From contig OZ253665.1 of assembly GCA_965263295.1 (NCBI GenBank), forward strand, positions 800,001 to 864,000: a DNA stretch of 64,000 nt, written 5' to 3'. The stretch is from Spirochaetia bacterium (GTDB lineage Bacteria; Spirochaetota; Spirochaetia; SP-2023). Each line of letters starts with the position of its first letter. The first letter of the stretch is position 1. This document shows, in pieces, positions 1-10,464 of the stretch. A program made the translations under genes and the position numbers. Below the pieces are notes generated by a model. That model worked only from the letters and a program-made list of their open reading frames with translations, was not told the origin of the DNA and ran no database searches.

Positions 1-414
1 AATGTAGTCGCTAAAATCAAAGTCGCCAATGGCGCTGATTGGTTCAAAAACCTGAGAATCATACGCCAACTGCGAGCCGATTTCGAAAATATGCGTCAGG
101 TGCGGCGCTTTGCCTTGACGAGCGGCCAAGATGCTTGCGTTTAAAGTCTCGCGATATGAGCCTTTAGATTCGGGAATCAAAATGTATTGACTTTGCGTTT
201 CGTTCCACTGGTCGGCCATCTCCTGTATCCAATTGCCGCGCGCCGTATCACTAAAGATATGCCAAAAATGTATTTCTTTGCGGCTTACTTCCTCTTGATT
301 GTCTAGCTGATCGCTCGGCGGGCCTGCGTCCGAACTGCGCTTGCATGCCAGCCAGGGCAGTGCCAACGTGGCGATGAGGATAATATGGCGCACGGCCTTG
401 AAAGAAAGATTCAT
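1..414 (-). CDS. ABC transporter extracellular solute-binding lipoprotein, UgpB-like (5' part only; runs off the window start)
   Basis: Not in the ORF track; translated by hand. AAGGAG RBS then ATG at 414, MNLSFKAVRHIILIATLALPWLAC (lipobox) ... EIHFWH ... KGSYRETLNASILAARQGKAPHL, typical of family-1 SBPs. Frame open to position 1. Confidence 0.8.
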   Translation of the reverse strand, partial: MNLSFKAVRHIILIATLALPWLACKRSSDAGPPSDQLDNQEEVSRKEIHFWHIFSDTARGNWIQEMADQWNETQSQYILIPESKGSYRETLNASILAARQGKAPHLTHIFEIGSQLAYDSQVFEPISAIGDFDFSDYI

Positions 415-668
415 GTCTTACTCCTTAGTTTTGTCGATAATTCTTTGCTATTTGCAAAGTTATATAAAATATAAAATTAATCATAAAAGTTATATAAAAG
501 GTGTATAAAAAACTTATATAAAGCATGCATAAGATTAATTAAACTTAACGCACCGGCATTCTAATTAGTTCGCGACAAAGTGACAAGTGAAATATAAATG
601 AATGCGAGCTTCCTGGTATTGAAGTTTTTGAATTCTGGTCTTCATTGTGAAATTGGGTTAGAGGAGAA

Positions 669-1733
669 TTAGATGTGGGGTGTATCCGTTGAATATTGTA
701 TTATGACATACGCAATATATGCCAAAATTAACAGAGCTCCGTACCACTTGGGGACAATCCAGTGGCTGCGGCGTAGCTGGGCCAGAAATACCAGGCGCAA
801 ACTCCAGAGTACGAACAGCATCATGGGAAAGTGGATGCGGAAAAACGCGGCTTCTACTGGGATGGGATTGGTGGCGCTGGCGGCGCCTATTACAAATAAG
901 GCGTTGAGGATATCAGCACCCACAATATTGCCAAAGCCCAAAGTTTCGGTTTTTTTACGGATTGACGTCAAAGTGGTCGTCAGCTCTGGCAGTGAGGTAC
1001 CAAAGGCCACCAGCGTGGTGGCGATTATATCCTGGGAGACTTTGAGTCGCAGGGCAAAGATTTCGACTTGAGGCAAGAGGACTCGGCTGCTGGCGACGAC
1101 AAAGATCAAGCCTAAAAGCAGGAAAACAATACTGGCTGGCAGGCTGAGTTCTTCTATATTTTCTTCGCCGTTCAAAGTTGTCGACAACTCTGGCGGATTG
1201 GGTTCTTCTACTTGTTTAAGTTTCGCCTGTTTAATTTTTACCTGTTTAATTTTCACCTGGTGCAAGTAAGTTTGCAGCAAGTAAATCCCCAGTAAACCGA
1301 GCGAAATAAAGCCAAACCATCGCGGCAGTATGTGCTGGGGCAGCAGGAAGGCAAAAAGGACCAGCCCGCTAGCCGAAAGGTCACGCCACCAAGAGGCGCT
1401 GGAAATATTGCGTCTTTCTAGAAGCACGTGCCCGAGTAAAATCAGTAGGCCCATAATTAGGGCTGTGTCGGCGATGATAGAACCGACACCGTTGCCGAGA
1501 GCCAGGCCGCTATCGCCGTAAAAAGCCGCAAATACCGAGACCACCATTTCTGGGATTGTGGTGCCGAGGGAAACAATGGTAGCGCCAATGACTAGCGGCG
1601 AGAGCCCGGTATATCTGGCTAGCGCGGCTGCGCCGTCAACCATTTTGTCGGCCGAAACACCGAGTGCCAGAATGGATACAATGATGCTCAGCAATAGCGC
1701 CCAAGTGGGAAAAGCCTGAAAAAATCCGTACAT
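669..1733 (-). CDS. Calcium/sodium antiporter (CaCA, YrbG-like)
   Basis: Two alpha repeats GTTIPE...GNGVGS and GTSLPE...GNIVGA; about 10 hydrophobic segments. Confidence 0.9.
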   Translation of the reverse strand: MYGFFQAFPTWALLLSIIVSILALGVSADKMVDGAAALARYTGLSPLVIGATIVSLGTTIPEMVVSVFAAFYGDSGLALGNGVGSIIADTALIMGLLILLGHVLLERRNISSASWWRDLSASGLVLFAFLLPQHILPRWFGFISLGLLGIYLLQTYLHQVKIKQVKIKQAKLKQVEEPNPPELSTTLNGEENIEELSLPASIVFLLLGLIFVVASSRVLLPQVEIFALRLKVSQDIIATTLVAFGTSLPELTTTLTSIRKKTETLGFGNIVGADILNALFVIGAASATNPIPVEAAFFRIHFPMMLFVLWSLRLVFLAQLRRSHWIVPKWYGALLILAYIAYVIIQYSTDTPHI

Positions 1734-1771
1734 AACGTTTGACGCAAGTCCTCGTTGTGCTGGGTCTGGGT

Positions 1772-2227
1772 TTAGAGCTGCTGGAGCTTCATCATCTGCT
1801 CAATGCGCAGAGCATGGCGGCCACCTTCAAAAGTGGTGTTTAGATACGCGTCGAGGATGCTTTCGGGGCTTTCGGCATAATCAATGCGCGCGCCAAAGGC
1901 GACGAAGTTGGCGTCATTGTGTTTTTTGGCCATTTCAGCGGCATAGGTATTCTGCGGCAAGGCACAGCGGATACCGCGCATCTTATTCGCCGAAATGGAA
2001 ATGCCAATACCCGTGCCGCAGATCAGCACGCCAAAGGCATAGCCTCCTTTTTGATACTGGCTGCAGGCCTTTTGGGCAAATTCAGCGTAACTGTGGGGCT
2101 CAGAGCCGTGTGCGCCCAAGTCTTCGACCTGGCAGCCTCGTTGTTCCAAATGAATTTTAAGGCGTTGTTTGAGCTCAGGCGAACTGTGATCGCCGGCGAT
2201 AATAACTTTAATGACTTTGTCCAACAT
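1772..2227 (-). CDS. rpiB: Ribose-5-phosphate isomerase B (RpiB/LacAB family)
   Basis: DH, CGTGIG...ANK..GIRCA, HNDAN and FEGGRH motifs. Confidence 0.9.
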   Translation of the reverse strand: MLDKVIKVIIAGDHSSPELKQRLKIHLEQRGCQVEDLGAHGSEPHSYAEFAQKACSQYQKGGYAFGVLICGTGIGISISANKMRGIRCALPQNTYAAEMAKKHNDANFVAFGARIDYAESPESILDAYLNTTFEGGRHALRIEQMMKLQQL

Positions 2228-2262
2228 GCGAAATCCTCAATTTATAATAAATATAATAACTT

Positions 2263-3375
2263 TTATCCAGTTCCGTGTTTCCCGCGCCCGGGCCTTTTAC
2301 TGGATACGCGCTTGCGTCTGGGATATTGATTTCCATAGTTTTCCGTTGTGCGGCCTCTTGACTTCTCTCTTGACATCTCTCTTGGTTTCTCTTTTAGTTC
2401 CCCTCTTGATTTTCTCTTGCGATCAGTTAAATTTTGGCGCTTCCCATCTGGCAAGGTGCCTAGGTTTTGCGGAGATTTGCGCGGCAGCTCGCGCGCGGCA
2501 GCGTCACCAAACGGGCGATCAAACGAACGGTGAAATGGGCGCGCGGGCGCGTTGTAAAGTCCGCGCTGAGCCTTTTTGTGTCGTCCGTCATGTCGAGCCG
2601 ATTGCTGTTTTCGTTTGACGGGGGAGCTCAAGTCTTGTGGGCCTTCGTCAGATTGCAGGGCTTTGAGCTCATAAGGCCGGAGTTTTCTAAACGCGCCGGG
2701 GGCGAGACCACTGAGCTTGACGATGCCAATGCGCAGGCGATGCACGCGTTTGAGCGGAATGTGAAAGTGCTCAAAGACACGGCGAATTTCACGGTTGAGG
2801 CCTTCGGTCAAAACCAAGCGAACTTGACGTTGCCCGATCATTTGGTAACGACGCAATTGGTATTTTACTCCATCAATCGCAATGCCACGCATCCAGTGTC
2901 GCAGGAGAAATTCAGGGATATATTTGCGCGTTTTGACCTCGTACTCTTTTTCCACGCGACGAGAAGGATGTTGCACGGCTTGTGCAAAATCGCCGTCGTT
3001 GGTAAAAAAGATCAGGCCACTGCTATTTTTGTCCAGGCGTCCGACGTGAAATAGGCGCTCGCTGTAAACGGGCCGGATCAGGTCGATGGCGCACGGCCGC
3101 CCCTCTGGGTCGGAGTTGCTCGTCAAGTAGCCTGGGGGCTTGTGCAGGGCCAGATATAGTAGGCTTTGCACTGGACGCGGCTGTATACCGACTCCTTCTG
3201 CCCGCACGCCCTGCCCAGGGCGTACCGGTTGCCAGGCTTCAGTGCAGATTCTGCCATCCAGCTCAACTTTGCCCGCGGCAATCAGTTCGGCGGCCTTGCG
3301 GCGAGAGCAGTGCCCCGATTTTGATATATAGCGTTGAAGGCTGGGATGAGCTTGGGCAGAGCTGGCGGTCTTCAA
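2263..3375 (-). CDS. rRNA pseudouridine synthase, RsuA/RluB family, with basic low-complexity tail
   Basis: S4 domain SRRKA; KPPGY; GRLD catalytic motif; EGLNREIRR. Confidence 0.88.
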   Translation of the reverse strand: MKTASSAQAHPSLQRYISKSGHCSRRKAAELIAAGKVELDGRICTEAWQPVRPGQGVRAEGVGIQPRPVQSLLYLALHKPPGYLTSNSDPEGRPCAIDLIRPVYSERLFHVGRLDKNSSGLIFFTNDGDFAQAVQHPSRRVEKEYEVKTRKYIPEFLLRHWMRGIAIDGVKYQLRRYQMIGQRQVRLVLTEGLNREIRRVFEHFHIPLKRVHRLRIGIVKLSGLAPGAFRKLRPYELKALQSDEGPQDLSSPVKRKQQSARHDGRHKKAQRGLYNAPARPFHRSFDRPFGDAAARELPRKSPQNLGTLPDGKRQNLTDRKRKSRGELKEKPREMSREKSRGRTTENYGNQYPRRKRVSSKRPGRGKHGTG

Positions 3376-4196
3376 TTTGGCTCGGCCTGTTTGGTTGGTT
3401 GTATTGGCTGTTTAGTCGATTGTTCTGCCTTGGTATTTTTCTGGGCACTTTCCTGGATATTCTCTTGGGTATTCTCTTGGGTATTTGGGGGGGCTTTGGC
3501 ATTGTTCTTGGCTCTGCGCTTTGGTTTAGCCTTGAGCCTCTTGAGCTTTTGGGGCCTTTTGGCAGCATCTTGGGTGCTAATTTCTTTCAGAATTCCCAGG
3601 GCATAATTTTTACCCATTGCAAAATCATCATGGCCTTTGTAGACGGAGACTGGAGTTGAAATCATGGTGCGCAAGAAAAAGTTTTCGACGCGATAAATTA
3701 GCTCAAAGTAAATGAAATCTTCAGTTAAGTATTGCAACAATTGGCCCTGAATTCCACCCGATGTCTCAAGCTTGCCCAGGTTTTGGGCATTTTTGACAAA
3801 ACCGTAGGCGGTGCGCATTAAAAAACTGCTGTAGTCATCCAGGCTGACGTTCGGGCGCTTGTTGACAATGTATTGAGTCTGAGCAAAGAAGTCTTCAGCC
3901 TTGTTCGCCCCGAAGAACAGCGACTTAGCCCCCGCGACAAGCTGCTTGCTCATCTGGCTGACTTGAGCTTCATATGGGCTGCCGACTTCGCTGCCCTCTG
4001 GATAGATCTGCCAAGTCTGATCAAAGGGGATAATCAAGATTCCCGCATTTTGATCCTGGCCTTGCAACGGGAATTCGGTAATATTTTTACCCGGCTCAAC
4101 GTTTGCATTTTTGCTGAGGCAACTACTCAAAATAAATGACAAAAGGGCAAACAGCGGGTACATTAGGCTGTATTTTTTTACAGGGAAATACTTCAT
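3372..4196 (-). CDS. Hypothetical lipoprotein
   Basis: AGGAGG RBS; signal peptide ending LSSC; QENT-type repeats near the C-terminus; overlaps the next gene by 4 nt. Confidence 0.65.
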   Translation of the reverse strand: MKYFPVKKYSLMYPLFALLSFILSSCLSKNANVEPGKNITEFPLQGQDQNAGILIIPFDQTWQIYPEGSEVGSPYEAQVSQMSKQLVAGAKSLFFGANKAEDFFAQTQYIVNKRPNVSLDDYSSFLMRTAYGFVKNAQNLGKLETSGGIQGQLLQYLTEDFIYFELIYRVENFFLRTMISTPVSVYKGHDDFAMGKNYALGILKEISTQDAAKRPQKLKRLKAKPKRRAKNNAKAPPNTQENTQENIQESAQKNTKAEQSTKQPIQPTKQAEPN

Positions 4197-4478
4197 ATTT
4201 ACCTCCTGTTCATGCTTGCAAGAATTTTAAATTATTTTAAATTATTTTCAATCATAAAATTGCTTGTTATCCATGTCAAGGTTTTCTCCTGCTCATGTCA
4301 AGCTAGAGTCGAGCCAGAATTGTATTTCCCGCCGTTCAAAAAGATTTCAAGCATTTTTGCCGTTTCATGGCCCAGTTGGCGTGATGACAAGTCTTGCGAT
4401 TTGCCGGCCATAATTTTATGCTTGGTTTTATGCTGAGTTTTTGCTTGCGAAGTCATATTAAGTTTGTCTGGAGGCTTT

Positions 4479-5414
4479 ATGTCTAATCCCACATCCGCGG
4501 CACCGGGGCCGGCAAAGCGACTGAGCGTCTGCGCTTTTTACAAATTTGTGAGATTAGAAGACTATCGGGAATTACAGATGCCGTTGAAAGAGTTCTGCGT
4601 GGAGCAGGGGATCTGCGGGACCATACTGCTGGCCCGCGAGGGTTTTAACGGCACTGTTGCGGGCACTGCCGCCGCAATTGCCGCATTTAAGCGACGCCTA
4701 AATGAAGATGAGCGCTTGCGCGGCAGCGAGATCAAGGATTCCTGGGCTCGCGAAATGCCATTTGGCCGCATGAAAGTGCGTATTAAAAAAGAAATTGTGG
4801 CTTTGGGGGCTCCAGAAATTAATCCGGCAGAGCGCCGAGGGACTTATGTCGCTCCTGAGGAATGGAATGTGAAAGTCCTGGATCGAGGGATTCCGCTGAT
4901 TGATACCCGCAACGATTACGAATGTGTTTTGGGCAGCTTTCCCGGCGCGCTTGACCCGAAGACTAAAACGTTCAGAGAATTCAAAGACTATGTCGCAACG
5001 CTGGATCCAAAGCAGATGCCTGAAGTGGCCATGTTTTGTACTGGCGGCATTCGCTGTGAAAAAGCCTCGGCTTACATGCTGAGCCAGGGTTTTGAGGAAG
5101 TTTATCATCTGAAGGGTGGGATACTTCAATATTTAGAAGATGTGCGCGAAGACAACCGTTGGCAAGGTGAGTGTTTTGTATTTGACGATCGTATTGCCCT
5201 CAGGCAGGGATTGGAGCTCGGCGATTCCAGCCACTGTATGAATTGTCAAAGTTCTCTCAAGCCAGAAGATCTGAGCAAGGGTAAGCATTGGGAATACGGA
5301 GTATCGTGTCGTCACTGTTATAACCAAACTTCTGCGAGGCAAAAGGCGGAGCTGCGGCGCCACTTGCAGCAGAAGCAAAGACAACTGCGATTATCCAGCT
5401 CTGAAGCGGTTTGA
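4479..5414 (+). CDS. trhO: Rhodanese-domain tRNA uridine(34) hydroxylase (UPF0176/TrhO)
   Basis: FYKF, GTILLAREGFNGT, DTRNDYE, MFCTGGIRCEKA, GECFVFDDR. ATG 4479 chosen because GGAGG precedes it. Confidence 0.88.
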   Translation: MSNPTSAAPGPAKRLSVCAFYKFVRLEDYRELQMPLKEFCVEQGICGTILLAREGFNGTVAGTAAAIAAFKRRLNEDERLRGSEIKDSWAREMPFGRMKVRIKKEIVALGAPEINPAERRGTYVAPEEWNVKVLDRGIPLIDTRNDYECVLGSFPGALDPKTKTFREFKDYVATLDPKQMPEVAMFCTGGIRCEKASAYMLSQGFEEVYHLKGGILQYLEDVREDNRWQGECFVFDDRIALRQGLELGDSSHCMNCQSSLKPEDLSKGKHWEYGVSCRHCYNQTSARQKAELRRHLQQKQRQLRLSSSEAV

Positions 5415-5544
5415 CGCGGCGGAGTTAAGTCCAAGCCCGTAAATTATAAGCTAGACGTCAATATTTTGCCAATATTACCAATATATCGCAAATATAGAGT
5501 CATTTGTATTGATAAATACTATCAAATATTTGTGTATTTTTTAC

Positions 5545-5573
5545 TTGATAATTGCTCATATTGTAATTACATT
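5545..5573 (+). promoter_or_regulatory. Putative sigma70 promoter of sdaA
   Basis: TTGATA-17 nt-TACATT; a 12-bp palindrome TCAGATATCTGA at 5589-5600 could be an operator. Confidence 0.4.
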
Positions 5574-5673
5574 TTAAATATATTTTTATCAGATATCTGA
5601 GACACGATTTATAAAATGGTTCAGCAATAATTCTTGTTATAGTTTATGATTATCTTTTCTGGGGGCGACGAAT

Positions 5674-7038
5674 ATGATTAGTGTTTTCGATATTTATAAA
5701 ATCGGAGTGGGCCCTTCCAGTTCCCACACTGTCGGTCCGATGAAGGCGGGTAAACAGTTTGTTGATGATTTGCGCGCACAGGGGAAATTGTGCGACATCA
5801 CGAAAATTACCGTCGATTTATATGGGTCCTTATCACTGACGGGGAGAGGCCACCACACGGATATCGCCATCATTATGGGGCTTGCCGGCAATACCCCTGA
5901 GAAAGTGGATATCGACTCCATTCCGGCCTTCATCGCTCGCGTAGAAGAAACCGAGCGCCTTCCTGTCGGCATGCACGCTCACACCGTATCTTTTCCCAAA
6001 GCCGGCGGCATAAACTTCCACGCGACTAACCTTGAGCGGCATGAAAACGGCATGCAGATCCAAGCCTGGACCAATGATGAAAAAGTGTATTCAAAGACGT
6101 ATTACTCAATTGGCGGTGGTTTCATTGTCGACGCAGAGAACTTTGGCCAAGATGAAGGCGGCGGCATCCCCGTTCCTCACGAATATACTTCCGCTGCGGA
6201 GCTGGTCGCTGAATGTAAAGAGAGCGGCCTTTCTGTAAGCGCATTGGTAATGGAAAATGAATGCGCCTTGCATTCAGATGCCGAGACGCGCACTTACTTT
6301 GCCACCATCTGGAAGACCATGCGCGAATGTATGGATCGCGGCATGAACAAAGAGGGATTTCTTCCCGGCGTGCTGCGTGTCCCGCGCCGGGCGGCGGCAT
6401 TGCGCCGGCAACTGCTGGCTTCGGAAAGCGTGAGCAAGGATCCGATGTCGGTGATGGACTGGGTCAACATGTTCGCGTTCGCCGTAAATGAAGAAAATGC
6501 CGCCGGTGGTCGCGTTGTGACCGCGCCGACGAATGGGGCGTGTGGCATCGTGCCGGCGGTGCTCGCTTATTATGATAAGTTCATCCAGGCGGTAGCGGAG
6601 AAAGACTTGGTCCGTTACTTCGCCGCTTCTGGTGCAATTGGCGTTCTGTACAAGCGCAACGCTTCAATATCTGGTGCTGAAGTGGGCTGTCAGGGCGAAG
6701 TCGGCGTGGCTTGTTCAATGGCGGCGGCAGGTCTGACGGAGTTGATGGGGGGCAACCCCGAACGAGTTTGCATGGCCGCGGAAATCGCCATGGAGCACAA
6801 TTTGGGGCTCCCATGCGACCCTGTGGCCGGTTTGGTGCAGGTACCTTGTATTGAACGCAATGGCATAGCCGCGGTCAAAGCGATCAATTCCTCTCACATG
6901 GCGCTACATCGTTCATCCGAGTCCGTGGTATCTCTGGATAAGGTTATCGAGGCCATGATGGAGATAGGTAAAGACATGAACGCTAAATATCGTGAAACTT
7001 CTCAAGGCGGTTTGGCCATCAAAGTGGCTTGCGAGTGA
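5674..7038 (+). CDS. sdaA: L-serine ammonia-lyase, Fe-S dependent, single chain
   Basis: [57 protein letters not shown]. Confidence 0.95.
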   Translation: MISVFDIYKIGVGPSSSHTVGPMKAGKQFVDDLRAQGKLCDITKITVDLYGSLSLTGRGHHTDIAIIMGLAGNTPEKVDIDSIPAFIARVEETERLPVGMHAHTVSFPKAGGINFHATNLERHENGMQIQAWTNDEKVYSKTYYSIGGGFIVDAENFGQDEGGGIPVPHEYTSAAELVAECKESGLSVSALVMENECALHSDAETRTYFATIWKTMRECMDRGMNKEGFLPGVLRVPRRAAALRRQLLASESVSKDPMSVMDWVNMFAFAVNEENAAGGRVVTAPTNGACGIVPAVLAYYDKFIQAVAEKDLVRYFAASGAIGVLYKRNASISGAEVGCQGEVGVACSMAAAGLTELMGGNPERVCMAAEIAMEHNLGLPCDPVAGLVQVPCIERNGIAAVKAINSSHMALHRSSESVVSLDKVIEAMMEIGKDMNAKYRETSQGGLAIKVACE

Positions 7039-7121
7039 AGCTGATCAAAATATTGGCCATAGCCGTATCCCCGGTTCCACAAGAATATAGAAAGATTACG
7101 GCGAAAATATTTGAAAAATAC

Positions 7122-7150
7122 TTGCCAAAGTTGGTTTTGGGCAATATACT
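7122..7150 (+). promoter_or_regulatory. Putative sigma70 promoter of the 7280 lipoprotein gene
   Basis: TTGCCA-17 nt-TATACT; AAGGAGG RBS about 8 nt before ATG 7280. Confidence 0.55.
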
Positions 7151-7279
7151 AGAGCTGTTGTAGGCGCTTCTATTGGCAAGTTTGCCCGTGCCTGCGAACC
7201 AATATTATTATTTTCTATTTCATATCGTTCCTCATTTAAAATTTGTAGCCCACATTCTTTTTATAAGGAGGATACAGAT

Positions 7280-10200
7280 ATGTCATCTGACCTAATTTTT
7301 AAACGGCTCTTTGCCGTCAGCCTTGTGCTTTTGGCCCTGTTTGTTTGGGGTTGTGAGGATGATTCATCCGATTCGGACTCTGGGCCCAAAACATTAATTG
7401 ACCTGGACTCAAAGAGAATTGACGATACCGGGGAAATTCAATTTTATATTGATTCCTTTATTAAAGACGAGTACATCGTCTTGGAAGATAGCGAGCTGGG
7501 CACGGAGGATCTGGCCGATTTTTGGGCTGATGTGGTCGTGCGCTGGGGTCTGCGCCAAAAAATGGCAGACAGTGAGGCGACAGATGAAGCCGCCGAAAAT
7601 TCAGAAGCTGAAGCAAGCGCCTCTGAAGATTCTGCTGAGACTGCGGATGAAATTGCCGAAACTTTCTGGCTGCAGCGGAGTGAAAATTACAATGATGGCG
7701 GCGATGCCACTGAATATCAGATCACGGCGGTAGAGGGTGAAAAACAATTTTTTGTCCTCGATCCTCAGGATTGGAAAGATTATTTGCCTGTTGAATGGTC
7801 CGATATTTCCGCCGGTGAATTAGAGGTGGTGGTTGAGGCTTTCTTGGCCACCCAAACTGCCGAAGGGCAATTCCAGGCCACGGCCAGCATTGAGCTGCCG
7901 GAAAAATTCTCGATGCGGATACAGCCTTGGGCAACTTTAAGTCCTGCCACTGTAGCCGATCCGAAGATATACTGGGAGATTGGCACGACGGGATTCGCAA
8001 ATGGCGAGGATGAGCGCGATGCCGCACTCACGCTTGATGCGGCGCCGACCGCTGTGTCGGTGGGTTCGGATGTGATGGTCGTAGTTTCTGCGAAAGGCGG
8101 TGTAGAATCGATGAGCAGCTTTACCTACGAGTGGCAGTTGCTCGACGAGGATGGAGCAGTGCAGGAGGAAAAGCAGGAAACTACCCAAGGTTCTGCGAAA
8201 TTCACTTTTACAGCTGAAAATCCGGGTATAAAGACGGTAAAAGTTGAGGTCAGCGATGACCGCGATGGTAGGGCGACGGCCGAGCGAAAATTTGATTTCA
8301 AGGTGGCGCCAGCTGGCTTGCGGGTTGTCAACCCGTCGGGATCGCAGATTTTGCAGCTGGCTAGTGGTGAAAAGCCAAGTATGACATTTGAGGCCGTGGT
8401 TGATGGAGAAGCTGATGGGCTAAGTTACACTTGGCATCTGTATGCGCAAGAAGACCAAGACGACCAAGACGACAATGGCGACTGGTCTGAATCGTCCCAT
8501 ATAATAGGCGAGGGAGCGAGCCTGGAGTATGAGTTTCGCGAAAGGGCGGGCCGCTACTTGGTTAAGGTTGAGGCGCAGGATGAGCATGGCCAGGCGGCGC
8601 AGCCGGCATCCGCTGGGGCAGATAGCGTGGAAGTGCAGCTGAATGCGCAGCCGCAGCTGAGCTTTGCGCAGCCGACGGCTGGGAACTCTGGCACGGCCAG
8701 GGCGGGCGAAACTGTCAACTTTGCAGTGACTGTGAGCGACGAGGAATCAAGTGAGGGTTTTAGATACCAGTGGGAGTCCCGGGCACCTGGGGCTGGCGAC
8801 TGGACGCAAGGCGCGCAGACAGAGGCTTTTACGCTGGCAACGAAGGGTTTTGCAGCAAGTGAGGGTCCGTATCAAGTGCGGGTGACGGTTAAGGATGAGG
8901 ACGGCGGCAGTGCCGAGGCGGTTTACCAGTTGACCTTGGAGCCTAACGATGCGCCGGAGATTAACTTTCTGGCTGGCACGGTTGCAGATGGTAAATGGTT
9001 GCAGCTTGAAGACGTGAATGATCCTACGGAGCCGCAGGCCTTTAAAGTTTTGGCTCAGGACGAAGATGGCGGAGAGCTGACCTACAGCTGGGAGGTCAAT
9101 GGTGTGAAGCAGGAAGGCGAAACAGGCCCGGAAGCCAACCTGACCTTGTACTCGCCGCTAAAGGGTTTGAGTCAGGATGAGATTGAAGCGATGAGCGCCA
9201 ATGCGCGCCACGAGGTGGTGGTGATAGCAACGGTGACGGATGACATGGGGGAGAGCGTGTCGCAATTTCGAAAACTGTACGTGAATGTGGCGCCAAGGAT
9301 TGCTAATTTTACGAAGCCTTCAAGCGGAGACTCCAGCACGGCCAGGGTGGGCCAGGATATTGGGTTTGCCGTGAATGTTAGCGACGAGGAATCAAGTGAG
9401 GGTTTTAGATACCAGTGGGAGTACCAGGCACCTGGGGCTGGAGACTGGACGCGAGGCGCGCAGACAGAGGCTTTTACGCTGGCAACGAAGGCACTTGCTT
9501 CAAATGAGGATCCGTATCAGGTGCGGGTGAAGGTCATGGATGAGGACGGCGGCAGTGCCGAGGCAACCTACGGCTTGACCCTGCAGCCCAACCGTGCGCC
9601 AACGCTAGAGTTTGCGGATGGTACGGTGGCGGAAAGCATTTGGCTTGAAGAGTCTGTATGGGAGATTGGGGATCTTAAGAATTGGAGAGTTATAAAAGCT
9701 CGGGTTGATCCTTCTCTGCTGAATCCTACATGGGTGCAGCTTGAGAGCTTGGATCAGGGTACCCAATTATCTGTGGTGGCCCAAGACCTAGATGGCGATG
9801 CTTTGACCTACGACTGGACGGTCAACGGCGAGACTCCGCAGACGAAAGACATCCAGGTGACGAAGACGCTAACCAACGAGACTGTGAAGCTGCAGCTGTA
9901 CTCGCCCGTAAAGGACAAGACAGAAGATCAGATTAAAAGTATGAGCGCTGAAGAGCGCCACAAGGTGGTGGTTGCGGTGACGGTGAGCGATGACATGGCA
10001 AACAGTGATAAGTTAACGCGAACATTGTACGTGAATGTGGCACCGGAGATAGAAGAAATGATTTCGCATAAGGGAAAGTATCATGGCGAATTGCAGTCGA
10101 TCGGAAAGGATCCAGACGGTGGTGATTTTATACCACTTTTTGAGTGGCAGTTTAGGACATATGGTAGCACTGATGATTTTGTAGCCACATCTCCGGCATA

Positions 10201-10342
10201 TATATATCGCTCATTTATGACGCTCGATCCTAATGTACTAGATATGGAGATGCGGATCAGATCGGTAGACCGTCATGGAGGCGTGAGCCAATGGCTCTAT
10301 CATGATCTTTTGCGAGCCGACTACTTTCCCGATTCCCGGTAG
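7280..10342 (+). CDS. Large acidic surface lipoprotein with tandem Ig/PKD-like beta-sandwich repeats
   Basis: Lipobox FVWGC; recurring DxDGxxLTYxW ... YxVxVxVxDxxG and NxAP motifs; paralogous to the ORF at 63206-64000. Confidence 0.8.
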   Translation: MSSDLIFKRLFAVSLVLLALFVWGCEDDSSDSDSGPKTLIDLDSKRIDDTGEIQFYIDSFIKDEYIVLEDSELGTEDLADFWADVVVRWGLRQKMADSEATDEAAENSEAEASASEDSAETADEIAETFWLQRSENYNDGGDATEYQITAVEGEKQFFVLDPQDWKDYLPVEWSDISAGELEVVVEAFLATQTAEGQFQATASIELPEKFSMRIQPWATLSPATVADPKIYWEIGTTGFANGEDERDAALTLDAAPTAVSVGSDVMVVVSAKGGVESMSSFTYEWQLLDEDGAVQEEKQETTQGSAKFTFTAENPGIKTVKVEVSDDRDGRATAERKFDFKVAPAGLRVVNPSGSQILQLASGEKPSMTFEAVVDGEADGLSYTWHLYAQEDQDDQDDNGDWSESSHIIGEGASLEYEFRERAGRYLVKVEAQDEHGQAAQPASAGADSVEVQLNAQPQLSFAQPTAGNSGTARAGETVNFAVTVSDEESSEGFRYQWESRAPGAGDWTQGAQTEAFTLATKGFAASEGPYQVRVTVKDEDGGSAEAVYQLTLEPNDAPEINFLAGTVADGKWLQLEDVNDPTEPQAFKVLAQDEDGGELTYSWEVNGVKQEGETGPEANLTLYSPLKGLSQDEIEAMSANARHEVVVIATVTDDMGESVSQFRKLYVNVAPRIANFTKPSSGDSSTARVGQDIGFAVNVSDEESSEGFRYQWEYQAPGAGDWTRGAQTEAFTLATKALASNEDPYQVRVKVMDEDGGSAEATYGLTLQPNRAPTLEFADGTVAESIWLEESVWEIGDLKNWRVIKARVDPSLLNPTWVQLESLDQGTQLSVVAQDLDGDALTYDWTVNGETPQTKDIQVTKTLTNETVKLQLYSPVKDKTEDQIKSMSAEERHKVVVAVTVSDDMANSDKLTRTLYVNVAPEIEEMISHKGKYHGELQSIGKDPDGGDFIPLFEWQFRTYGSTDDFVATSPAYIYRSFMTLDPNVLDMEMRIRSVDRHGGVSQWLYHDLLRADYFPDSR
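8690..9580 (+). repeat. Intragenic direct duplication of one Ig-like domain (offset 645 bp)
   Basis: agcgacgaggaatcaagtgagggttttagataccagtgggag at 8735 and 9380, with near-identical sequence continuing. Confidence 0.85.
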
Positions 10343-10464
10343 TTGAATACGGGCCAGAGGAACTCTGAGAGGTAACCACGAAAGTACACGAAGACTGCGA
10401 AAGGTCACGAAAGTTAGGCAGGGGAGGCGGGAATTTTCCTTTTGGTGGCAGGGAAAAAGTTAAA

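Noticed and set aside
456..523. AAAGTTATATAAAA repeats as replication iterons
   Set aside because: Only two to three irregular copies in AT-rich promoter DNA; no rep gene or DnaA-box cluster seen
10370..10419. Integron attC site (TAAC...GTTAGGC)
   Set aside because: No RYYYAAC inverse core, too short, the interior is direct repeats rather than a palindrome, GTT is not conserved in most other units, and no integrase is present
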